Part shown: in pieces, positions 38,488 through 47,239 of the stretch
Numbering within the stretch: the stretch's first letter is position 1
Layout: each line of letters begins with the position of its first letter
Origin: Actinomycetes bacterium
GTDB lineage: Bacteria > Actinomycetota > Actinomycetes > S36-B12 > UBA5976
Assembly: GCA_046086025.1 (NCBI GenBank)
Contig: JBJSWT010000093.1
Coordinates: 1 to 47,402, forward strand
Length of the DNA: 47,402 nt
Direction of reading: 5' to 3'
Program-made: the position numbers and the translations under genes
The notes under the pieces: generated by a model
The model's database searches: none
What the model was told of the DNA's origin: nothing
Seen by the model: the letters and a program-made list of their open reading frames with translations, nothing else

Positions 38488-38646
38488 GACGACTCCCGGG
38501 TTAAATTGATAAACATATTTTGTTTATCTTTTTTCCCGAGGTCTCTCCCAACCAAGTTTTTATCACTTGGTGCTGCGCCGGAAATCAAACTTCAATTTCG
38601 TGTTGACGACGCTTGCGTTTTTAGGGGTACTCCCCTCGTTTCTCCT

Positions 38647-38674
38647 ACTATAAGTCACCAGGGGTGTGGTGCAA
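38647..38674 (-). promoter_or_regulatory. candidate sigma-A promoter for the Gre-like gene
   Basis: On the minus strand, TTGCAC, then a 16-nt spacer, then TATAGT. This would give a leader of roughly 150 nt. Confidence 0.35.
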
Positions 38675-38724
38675 CTTGAAACCTGCACAAGTGCCTTAAA
38701 ACCCAATAATTAGTCGAAAAAACC

Positions 38725-39723
38725 TTACTTGGTGCGACTCAACTGCCACTGAAGATAACTAATCACTCCTAAAAATACTTGGGGTAAGTAGTAGAAAGTT
38801 CGCCAAAGTAAAACTGCTACAAATGCTTGCACTTCGTTAGCTCCGTAAAGAATTAAAGTTGAAACCATAATCACATCAGTAGTCCCCACTCCTCCTGGAG
38901 TAAAAGGAATTACCGTTCCAAATCTTCCAAAACAAAAAGAAGCAAACAAAATAAAAATGGATAATTCAATACCCACTGAGTAGCAACTAGCCCAAAATAT
39001 GAAAAACATTGAAAATTGCACTAAGAGATTACTGCCAGTAATTTGCAGCCATTTTTCTTTCACTGTTTCTTTAACCTGAGATCTAAAATTAGTTAAAGCT
39101 TTGGAAAAATCTAAGTTAGACTTAAAAAAACGATTTAATGGCTTTAACAAATAATCAACAAACTTTCCTATTTTAAAAGTAATTACTTCAGATTTAAATA
39201 TTGAGATTAAGAAAACTATGGCAAAAACTAGGACCAAAGTTCCTAAAAATGTTGAATTTACTAAGCCCGGTGACAATGTTGTGGATATAGATAGAGAAAT
39301 CAACCCAAAAATAGGCATTAAATAGGAAATCAAACCATTCCAAACACTTGCTATACCCACGGTTGTCGAAATACTTTGATTGGATATTCCAAAAGACTTA
39401 AGCATCGCATATTGCGCTGCTAAACCAATAGTTCCTCCTGCTGGCACACAATTACTTATGGCAAATGATGCATTTCGAACTTTAAAAGCTTGAAAGTATT
39501 TAAGACCCTTAGTAGTGACAAGATAGGGGTATTGAAAGACTAAAATGTTAAAAATAGCAGTAATTATAAGTAACATCAACTGAAAAAAAGTCAAATTATT
39601 TAAAGATCTTAATACCTCTTTAAAATCTATATCATTAACAAACCATTTAAATACATAATACAAAATAACAAGAGCTACACCAAATAATAAATAATTAAGT
39701 AGTTTAGATTTATTTATTTTCAA
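38725..39723 (-). CDS. lysylphosphatidylglycerol-synthase-TM-domain (UPF0104, flippase-like) membrane protein
   Basis: 332 aa, about 8 TM helices, with the C-terminal signature FGRFGTVIPFTPGGVGTTDVIM. TTG start overlaps the hflX end by 14 nt. Confidence 0.7.
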   Translation of the reverse strand: MKINKSKLLNYLLFGVALVILYYVFKWFVNDIDFKEVLRSLNNLTFFQLMLLIITAIFNILVFQYPYLVTTKGLKYFQAFKVRNASFAISNCVPAGGTIGLAAQYAMLKSFGISNQSISTTVGIASVWNGLISYLMPIFGLISLSISTTLSPGLVNSTFLGTLVLVFAIVFLISIFKSEVITFKIGKFVDYLLKPLNRFFKSNLDFSKALTNFRSQVKETVKEKWLQITGSNLLVQFSMFFIFWASCYSVGIELSIFILFASFCFGRFGTVIPFTPGGVGTTDVIMVSTLILYGANEVQAFVAVLLWRTFYYLPQVFLGVISYLQWQLSRTK

Positions 39724-41092
39724 TTAATGCCAAATTTTCGATAATATGAAAAAGTTCAGCGGGAACAAATGCATGAACTTGAGTGCCCGCATCTTCATGT
39801 AATAAAGAAATAACTTTTCCTTCTTGATGTACTTTAGCTAAAATATCTCCTCTAGAGTAAGGAATAGTAATTCTTATTTCTTTTGTTGGATTTGGCAGTT
39901 TTTTATCAATTTCAAGCAATAATTCACTAATACCTGTATTTTCTTTAGTGGAAATGAATAAAGGGTCTTTGAAAATTCTCTTAAGAGAAATTACTTTTTC
40001 ATCATCAATTAGATCAATTTTATTTATAACTACTAACTCTCTTATATGATCTGCTCCAATTTCTTGTAAAACCTCTCGAACAGATTTGTATTGACCTTCT
40101 GGATCAGGATCGCTACCGTCAACTAAGTGGATTATCAAATTTGAATTTGATACCTCTTCTAAAGTTGATTTAAATGCTTCAACTAATTGGTGAGGCAAAT
40201 GTCTCACAAAACCAACTGTGTCTGAAATAGTTATAAATCTTCCAGAAGGTAATTGAGTTTTTCTTACCGTTGGATCAAGTGTTGCAAAAAGTGCATCTTC
40301 AACTAAAACGCCTGCACCAGTAATTCTATTTAGTAAAGATGATTTTCCAGCATTTGTGTAACCAGCAATTGAAACAGATAAGGTATTGCCACTTCTTCTC
40401 GAACTTCGTTGAACATCACGAGACTTAGCAAGATCTTTCAAATCTTTTCGAAGTTTTGTCATCTGATGATGAATTCTTCGTCTATCAGTTTCTAATTTTG
40501 TTTCACCAGGTCCTCTAGTACCAATTCCAGGTGAGCCACCACTTGCTGCCTGTCTACTTAAAGTTTCACCCCAACCTCTTAATCGCGGAAGCATGTATTG
40601 CATTTGGGCAAGCGAAACTTGAATTTTTCCTTCTCTACTTTTTGCATGTTTTGCAAAAATGTCAAGAATTAACCAAGTTCTATCTACAACTTTTACTTTG
40701 ACAACATCTTCTAGATGAATTAGTTGGGACGGGCTTAATTCGCCATCAATAATTACTGTATCTGCACCGGTTTGAGAAACAATTTTTCGTAATTCTAAAG
40801 CTTTTCCTGAACCAAGATAGGTTGCCGGATCAGGATTGTCTCTTCTTTGAATAACACCTTCTAAAACTTGTGAACCAGCAGTTTGGGCTAAACGTGCTAA
40901 TTCTTGTAAAGATCTTTCGGCAGATTCCCAAGTACCAGTAATCCAAACACCAGCTAAAACTACTTTCTCTAACTGTATTTTTCTATACTCAACTTCTGTA
41001 ATATCTTGAAGTTCAGTTGAGAAAGTTGTTACTCTTCTAAGTGCTGCTCTGTCTTGAAGATCTAAATTGCTGGCTTCTTTAAATTCATTCAT
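39710..41092 (-). CDS. hflX: GTPase HflX
   Basis: N-terminal HflX domain (ALRRVTTFSTELQDITEVEYR). G1 is GYTNAGKSSLLN, G3 is DTVGF, G4 is NKID. The ATG at 41092 overlaps the dapF stop as TAATG. The ORF is also open to a TTG at 41110. Confidence 0.92.
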   Translation of the reverse strand: MNEFKEASNLDLQDRAALRRVTTFSTELQDITEVEYRKIQLEKVVLAGVWITGTWESAERSLQELARLAQTAGSQVLEGVIQRRDNPDPATYLGSGKALELRKIVSQTGADTVIIDGELSPSQLIHLEDVVKVKVVDRTWLILDIFAKHAKSREGKIQVSLAQMQYMLPRLRGWGETLSRQAASGGSPGIGTRGPGETKLETDRRRIHHQMTKLRKDLKDLAKSRDVQRSSRRSGNTLSVSIAGYTNAGKSSLLNRITGAGVLVEDALFATLDPTVRKTQLPSGRFITISDTVGFVRHLPHQLVEAFKSTLEEVSNSNLIIHLVDGSDPDPEGQYKSVREVLQEIGADHIRELVVINKIDLIDDEKVISLKRIFKDPLFISTKENTGISELLLEIDKKLPNPTKEIRITIPYSRGDILAKVHQEGKVISLLHEDAGTQVHAFVPAELFHIIENLALIENK

Positions 41093-41901
41093 TATTTGTT
41101 TAAATACCAAGATTCTTTTAATACTCCAGAACTTTCTAAAACCGCAGGTCCTGTCATTTCAATTTTGTCATCGACAAATTTAATGAGCAGAGTGCCTCCT
41201 TTTACATCTATTTGGAATTGATCTGATTGATTATCCACTAATTTTCTTAAGACGGCTGCTACAGCGCAAGCTCCTGTTCCACAGGATAATGTTTCCCCAC
41301 TTCCTCTTTCAAAAACTCGCATTTGAACATGAGTATCAGAGATTTTTTTTACAAACTCCACATTTACCCCCGTTTTAAATTCATCGGGCGGAAAATGCAG
41401 AGGAGCAGTTTTTAATTCACCAATTTCAGTTAAATCATTAACAAAAACCACAGCGTGAGGATTAGGTGCATCAACTCCAGTTGCAACATATTTTTTTGAA
41501 TTATTGGTTATTTCAACAGCATTACTTCTTATTTTTGCACCATTCATGGTTACCGTTATTTCATCAGGACTTTTTACGTGAATTTTCACATCTCCTGCTC
41601 TGGTTGAAATTGTGAAGGTTTCTTTATCTACTAATTTTCTATCCTTTAAGTAAAGTCCAAAGACTCTTGCCCCATTTCCACACATTTCAGCTATAGAACC
41701 ATCTGCATTTCTGTAGTCCATAAAATACTGACCATTAGGCTTAACCACCCTTAAAATTCCATCTGCGCCTATTCCGGTTGCGCGATCACAAATCTCTTTT
41801 ATCTGATCTGAAGTAAAAACTAACTCATCTTTCAAATCCTCGATAATTACAAAATCATTCTTAGTTCCATGACCTTTTACGTATTCCACGAATGACTTCA
41901 T
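41092..41901 (-). CDS. dapF: diaminopimelate epimerase
   Basis: 269 aa. Motif GHGTKNDFV and the catalytic Cys blocks MCGNGARV and SCGTGACA are present. Confidence 0.93.
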   Translation of the reverse strand: MKSFVEYVKGHGTKNDFVIIEDLKDELVFTSDQIKEICDRATGIGADGILRVVKPNGQYFMDYRNADGSIAEMCGNGARVFGLYLKDRKLVDKETFTISTRAGDVKIHVKSPDEITVTMNGAKIRSNAVEITNNSKKYVATGVDAPNPHAVVFVNDLTEIGELKTAPLHFPPDEFKTGVNVEFVKKISDTHVQMRVFERGSGETLSCGTGACAVAAVLRKLVDNQSDQFQIDVKGGTLLIKFVDDKIEMTGPAVLESSGVLKESWYLNK

Positions 41902-42788
41902 TAAATTATTCTATTAACTTTTGCCAAAAGTTCATCATCTTGAGCATCAAACCATTGAATTAAGGGATCTCTTTTAAACCATGACATTTGTCTTCTTGCA
42001 TATTTTCTAGTGTGAATTATTGTTTGTTCAATTGCTTGCTCCAGAGTGATTTTACCCTGCAAGTATTGAATCACTTGCGAATATCCAAGAGCCTTTTGAG
42101 CTGTTTTGCCCTTGATTAATTCTTCAAAAATAAGTTCAACTTCATTTACTAAGCCCTGATTAAACATTTCATGAACTCTAGTTTCAATTCTTAAATCTAG
42201 TAATTCACGATCAAGGTTTAAACCAATTCTGATGTCTTTAAATACAGGTGAGGGTTCTGGAAGCTTTGCATTAAAATTTTTTCCAGTCAACTCATTTACC
42301 TCTAATGCTCTAACTATTCTTCTTGCATTATTTTCAAGAATATTTTCTGCCGCAGCTGGATCGATTTTCTTTAATTCGCTATAAAGAAATTCAACTCCAT
42401 TTTTTTCTAGTAATTCTTCATACTTTGCTCTTATTTCCAAATTAGTTCCCGGAAACTCTAAATCTTCTAATACAGCATTGACATACAATCCGCTACCTCC
42501 AACTAAAACTGGAGTATTTTGTCTTTGAATTACTTCTTGAATTAGAGCTCTTGCTTTTGATTGATACACAGACACACTTGCTTCTTCGGATGGGGATAAA
42601 ACATCAATTAAATGATGAGGGATATTTTCTCTATTTTTTTCATCAAGTTTTGCAGTCCCGATATTCATTCCCTTATATAACTGCATTGCATCTGCATTTA
42701 TGATTTCTATTTTTTTACTTCGACCTATTTTAATTGCTAAATCACTTTTGCCAACAGCGGTTGGTCCAACAATTGCCAGAACTTTCAA
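41901..42788 (-). CDS. miaA: tRNA dimethylallyltransferase
   Basis: 295 aa. P-loop GPTAVGKS, then INADAMQLYKGMNIGTAK and HHLID. Confidence 0.95.
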   Translation of the reverse strand: MKVLAIVGPTAVGKSDLAIKIGRSKKIEIINADAMQLYKGMNIGTAKLDEKNRENIPHHLIDVLSPSEEASVSVYQSKARALIQEVIQRQNTPVLVGGSGLYVNAVLEDLEFPGTNLEIRAKYEELLEKNGVEFLYSELKKIDPAAAENILENNARRIVRALEVNELTGKNFNAKLPEPSPVFKDIRIGLNLDRELLDLRIETRVHEMFNQGLVNEVELIFEELIKGKTAQKALGYSQVIQYLQGKITLEQAIEQTIIHTRKYARRQMSWFKRDPLIQWFDAQDDELLAKVNRII

Positions 42789-42791
42789 GTT

Positions 42792-44225
42792 TTAATTCCG
42801 GACCAAAGTTGGTAGCCCAAGTAATACTTGGCTCTTTGGTTCCTCTTTACTTGTCTGCCAAATATCTCCAGCTTTAGTGTTTTTAATATTAATTATTGTT
42901 TTATCTGAAACAAGATAAAAAGGTTGTGCTTGTGTTATTTCAACTTCAACAAAATCTCCTGGTCTAATTTTTTGTTCAGGAGTCGGATAAAAATGAACTA
43001 ATCTATTATCTTTTGCACGACCCGACAACGTGTTTACATGCTGATCCCTTTTACCTTCATTATTAGAAACTAAAACTTCGACTGTTTTTCCTATTTGATT
43101 TTTATTCTGTTCTAAAATGACTTCATTAATAACTTTAGCTAATCGTTCATACCTTTCATTAATTATTTTTGGATCAACTTGGTTTGGCATCGTTGCCGCA
43201 GGTGTACCTGGACGTTTTGAATATTGATAAGTAAAAGCTGAAGCAAATTTTGCTTCTCTGACTAAATCAATTGTTTGTTGGAAATCTTCTTCTGTTTCTC
43301 CTGGAAATCCAACAATAATATCTGTGGTAATCGCCGCATCTGGAATTTCTTTTCTAACTTTTTCAAGAATGTTTAAATACTTAGTCGTTCTATAAGAACG
43401 TTTCATGTCTGAAAGCACTTTGTCGCTTCCTGACTGCAATGGCATGTGCAAATGTGGCATAACATTTTCTGTTTCAGCCATAGCAGTAATGACATCATCA
43501 GTGAAATCTTTGGGATGAGGTGAAATAAATCTAACTCGTTCTAATCCATCGATTTGCCCACATGCTCTTAATAGTTTTCCGAAAGCGAATTTATCTCCAA
43601 ATTCAACTCCATATGAATTTACATTTTGTCCAAGAAGCATAACTTCTAATACTCCTTGATTTGTTAGTGCTTTAATCTCATCTAAAATTTCTCCAGCTTT
43701 TCTGTCTTTTTCTTTTCCACGCAAAGAAGGAACAATGCAAAATGTGCAAGTGTTGTTACATCCAACACTTATTGCTACCAGTGCAGAATGAATTGAATCT
43801 CTTTTACTAGGTAAATTTGAGGGGAAAACTTCTAATGATTCAAGTATTTCAATTTGAGCTTCATTATTTACTCGCGCTCTTTCAAGCAAAACTGGTAGGG
43901 ATCCAAAATTATGTGTACCAAAAACTACATCAACCCATGGCGCTTTTTTTTGTATTACTTCTTTATCTTTTTGAGCTAGACAACCACCTACCGCAATTTG
44001 CATGTTTGGTCTTTTTTCTTTTATTCGATAAAGCATTCCTAGATTTCCATACAACTTGTTGTCAGCATTTTCTCTGACAGCACAAGTGTTGTAAACAACT
44101 ACATCGGCATCTTCGGTATTTGTTGCAACATAACCAGCATCTTCTAAAAGTCCAGATAATCTTTCGGAGTCATGTTCATTCATTTGACAGCCAAAAGTTC
44201 TAACGAAATACGTGCGAGTTGACAT
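42792..44225 (-). CDS. miaB: tRNA-2-methylthio-N6-dimethylallyladenosine synthase
   Basis: 477 aa. UPF0004 Cys motif [11 protein letters not shown]...YNTCAVRE, radical-SAM [12 protein letters not shown], and a C-terminal TRAM domain. Confidence 0.95.
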   Translation of the reverse strand: MSTRTYFVRTFGCQMNEHDSERLSGLLEDAGYVATNTEDADVVVYNTCAVRENADNKLYGNLGMLYRIKEKRPNMQIAVGGCLAQKDKEVIQKKAPWVDVVFGTHNFGSLPVLLERARVNNEAQIEILESLEVFPSNLPSKRDSIHSALVAISVGCNNTCTFCIVPSLRGKEKDRKAGEILDEIKALTNQGVLEVMLLGQNVNSYGVEFGDKFAFGKLLRACGQIDGLERVRFISPHPKDFTDDVITAMAETENVMPHLHMPLQSGSDKVLSDMKRSYRTTKYLNILEKVRKEIPDAAITTDIIVGFPGETEEDFQQTIDLVREAKFASAFTYQYSKRPGTPAATMPNQVDPKIINERYERLAKVINEVILEQNKNQIGKTVEVLVSNNEGKRDQHVNTLSGRAKDNRLVHFYPTPEQKIRPGDFVEVEITQAQPFYLVSDKTIINIKNTKAGDIWQTSKEEPKSQVLLGLPTLVRN

Positions 44226-44262
44226 ACTTAGTCAAGACTACGCCGTGGTTAGATAGTAAATC

Positions 44263-44931
44263 GTGAAGACTACTAAATCTAAACGAAATAAAGTTCATTT
44301 TGCCCAAGAATCTAAAGGTCTTTACCCCTATTTAATTGCTATTTTTTGTGGACTTTTATTGATTTCAAATATCGGAGCAGTTAAGTTAATTGAATTTGGA
44401 CCCATCATTACAGATGGTGGTGCATTCCTATTTCCACTCGTTTACATTGTGGGCGATGTTTTAAGTGAAGTATATGGATTTAAGGCAACTAGAAAGGCTA
44501 TTTTCACAGGATTTGGATTATCAATTCTTGCATCATTGACTTTCTTATTAGTGCAAAATTCACCTCCTGCAGCAGACTGGCCTAATCAAATTGCTTTTGA
44601 AACTATTTTGGGTTTTGTGCCTCAAATTGTTTTAGCAAGTATTTCTGGATATTTAGTAGGACAATTACTTAATTCTTATGTGTTAGTAAAAATTAAAGAG
44701 AAAACTAAAGAGAAGTATCTTTGGCTTAGATTAATTGGATCTACAGCTGTAGGTGAATTAGCTGACACCATTGTATTTTGCACAATTGCATTTTATGGAA
44801 TTCTCACAGGAATTGATTTCATAAAGTATGTGGTTATTGGATACTTATATAAAACCCTACTTGAAGTAATTTTATTACCAATTACCTATAGAGTAATTAA
44901 ATTTGTTAAAACTAAAGAACTTAGTTACTAG
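44263..44931 (+). CDS. yhhQ: queuosine-precursor transporter (YhhQ/DUF165, VUT family)
   Basis: 222-aa membrane protein. Motifs ISNIGAVKL, FPLVYIVGDVLSEVYG and GELADTIVF are present. Convergent with, and overlapping, tgt. Confidence 0.85.
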   Translation: MKTTKSKRNKVHFAQESKGLYPYLIAIFCGLLLISNIGAVKLIEFGPIITDGGAFLFPLVYIVGDVLSEVYGFKATRKAIFTGFGLSILASLTFLLVQNSPPAADWPNQIAFETILGFVPQIVLASISGYLVGQLLNSYVLVKIKEKTKEKYLWLRLIGSTAVGELADTIVFCTIAFYGILTGIDFIKYVVIGYLYKTLLEVILLPITYRVIKFVKTKELSY

Positions 44932-46153
44932 CTCTATTCCAATTATATTTACTCAAGAATTCATTCTTAAATTCAAAAAAGTTTCCTGAAATAATCGCTT
45001 CTCTCATTTGAGCAACTAAATTGACGATAAAAAATTCGTTATGAATAGTTAATAAAGTTGAGGCAAGCATTTCTTTTGCTCGAATTAAATGATTTAAATA
45101 TGCTTTAGTGTAATTTTGACATGTGTAACATTTACAGGTTTCTTCAATGGGTGAGAAATCATTTTTGTATTTGCTAACTGAAACATTAAAGCGTCCAGTT
45201 GTTGCATACACTGCATTATTTCGGGCAACTCTAGAAGCTGCTACACAATCAAAAGTGTCAGCCCCATTTTCAACTCCCACAAATAAATCTTCAGGTTCAC
45301 CTATTCCCAATAAGTGTCTAGGTTTATTCTCTGGTAATTTTTCATTAACCCAATTAACTATGGTGCCTAATTGGTTTTTATCTAACGCTCCCCCAATCCC
45401 AAATCCATCAAAATCTAATTCACTTAAGTCTTTGCTTGCTTTTCTTCGTAAATCTTCGTATTGCGCGCCTTGAATTACTCCAAATAAAGCTTGATACGGT
45501 TTGTCACTTCTTTCTTTAGTTAATTTTTCATGTTCACTTATACATCTTTTAGCCCAACGATAGGTTCTTTCTAAAGAATTTTCTTGATACTGTCTTGTAT
45601 TTAAAAGAGTTGTGCATTCATCAAATGCAAAAATTATGTCTGCCCCAATTTTATGTTGAACTTGCATTGAAAATTCAGGCGTAAATCTGTGCATTGATCC
45701 ATCAAGATGCGATTTGAAATTAACACCGTCTTCATCAACATGTGCTAAACGATCTTTGTCAGTGGCAATAACTTCTTCGGTTTGAAAATTTTCAGGATCC
45801 ATTGCTATTACTTTTTTATAACCAACCCCTAAAGACAAAACTTGAAAACCCCCGCTATCTGTAAAAGTTGGTCCATTCCAGTTCATGAATTTTGCTAAGC
45901 CGCCTGCTTGATCAATAATTTCTGGTCCTGGTTGCAAATAAAGATGATAGGCATTTGCAAGTAAGGCCTTAGCGCCTAAATTATTCATACTTTCTGGCAA
46001 AACTGATTTAACAGTTGCTTTGGTGCTAACTGGTATAAATGCTGGAGTTGTAATTTCACCATGAGGTGTCTTTATAACACCTGCTCGACCTAAAAATTTG
46101 TTATCTTCTGCTAACTTTTTAGTTAGGTCGAAAGAAAAAGAAGGATTACTCAT
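44921..46153 (-). CDS. tgt: tRNA-guanine(34) transglycosylase (queuine tRNA-ribosyltransferase)
   Basis: 410 aa. Motifs TPAFIPVSTKATVK, TDSGGFQV, AFDECT, LLGIGEPEDL and the zinc site CKCYTCQNYTKAYLNHL are present. Confidence 0.9.
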   Translation of the reverse strand: MSNPSFSFDLTKKLAEDNKFLGRAGVIKTPHGEITTPAFIPVSTKATVKSVLPESMNNLGAKALLANAYHLYLQPGPEIIDQAGGLAKFMNWNGPTFTDSGGFQVLSLGVGYKKVIAMDPENFQTEEVIATDKDRLAHVDEDGVNFKSHLDGSMHRFTPEFSMQVQHKIGADIIFAFDECTTLLNTRQYQENSLERTYRWAKRCISEHEKLTKERSDKPYQALFGVIQGAQYEDLRRKASKDLSELDFDGFGIGGALDKNQLGTIVNWVNEKLPENKPRHLLGIGEPEDLFVGVENGADTFDCVAASRVARNNAVYATTGRFNVSVSKYKNDFSPIEETCKCYTCQNYTKAYLNHLIRAKEMLASTLLTIHNEFFIVNLVAQMREAIISGNFFEFKNEFLSKYNWNRASN

Positions 46154-46189
46154 TTCAAGAAAGTAATCTATCCTAGGTGCAAAGCTACA

Positions 46190-47239
46190 TTAATTTCGCT
46201 TAATTGTTTGAGCAAAATTTATTTTAATCTCCTCAGTAATATTGAGTTGAATTTTTATTTCACACATAGCGCCCTTATCAATTTTTACTTTTCTGCCCTT
46301 TACTGAACAATCATCTGGGTTTTCAACACTTAACGTTTGAGTCAATCCTTTTGGGGCTTTTGGAACAGTAATTGTTTTTGAATTTGTGGTATCAGGAATT
46401 GCTGAATCAATAACTTTTACATGTTTATTTATCTTTTTATCAATTTTTTCAGTTAAGTCCAAAGAATCCAATTGTTCGTTCACTGAAAGTAGAATTGTCT
46501 TGGAACTTAATGCCACTGGTACGTAATCACATTGTTGCCCACTTTGATTACCAACAGCCCAGTCGCTGCAAACCTTTAATCCAGGATTCTTAACCGCTTT
46601 TTTACTTGCAGCCAGTTTTGCTAATTCACTTCCTGCCATGTTTGCTGCCCATTGATCTAATAATGCTGCTCTTTCAGAAGGTGTGTAATCAAATGTTTGA
46701 TTACCAATTCCATATCGCAGTACTGCATATTGTGGATCTGATTCAAGTTTGGCTCTGATTTCTGCAATTTTATTTGCAGCAACTGAATCATTGATTGTTT
46801 TTGCAGCAAGTGGAATAGTTATGCAAGTTCCACCTCCCCCTGAACCGTTAAAAGTACTGGTGTAGGACCAAGATTTACAAACTTCCACACCGGGATTTGC
46901 TTGAGCTTCAGCTAAAGCTTGTGCTTCTGCATTCGTTCTTTGATCATTAATGCTTTGTTGTTCCTGACGATACTGCGCTATGGCTTGAGAAATATCTAAT
47001 GTTCCACCGGAATTAACATAATTTTGAAAAACTTCTCCCCCAATTATGTTTGCTTGATGATATGTGTCTGTGTGACAAACAGTTTTTTGCTGACCAGTAG
47101 CAACATCAAATTCTCCATATTTAATTGGATATTCTGCTGGACAGGACACATCTCCATCAAAAGATACGTTGGCGTTTGCATTAACTGCTGACAAAGTAGA
47201 AATTAAAAGTACAGATATTGTAATAAAAATTTTTTTCAT
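46190..47239 (-). CDS. secreted hypothetical protein with internally repeated Cys-paired modules
   Basis: 349 aa. Signal peptide MKKIFITISVLLISTLSAVNANA. Repeated module NPG[VL].VC..W...(G)..C...P[LV]A..KTI appears twice, and there are four spaced Cys pairs. I recognise no family. Confidence 0.6.
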   Translation of the reverse strand: MKKIFITISVLLISTLSAVNANANVSFDGDVSCPAEYPIKYGEFDVATGQQKTVCHTDTYHQANIIGGEVFQNYVNSGGTLDISQAIAQYRQEQQSINDQRTNAEAQALAEAQANPGVEVCKSWSYTSTFNGSGGGGTCITIPLAAKTINDSVAANKIAEIRAKLESDPQYAVLRYGIGNQTFDYTPSERAALLDQWAANMAGSELAKLAASKKAVKNPGLKVCSDWAVGNQSGQQCDYVPVALSSKTILLSVNEQLDSLDLTEKIDKKINKHVKVIDSAIPDTTNSKTITVPKAPKGLTQTLSVENPDDCSVKGRKVKIDKGAMCEIKIQLNITEEIKINFAQTIKRN

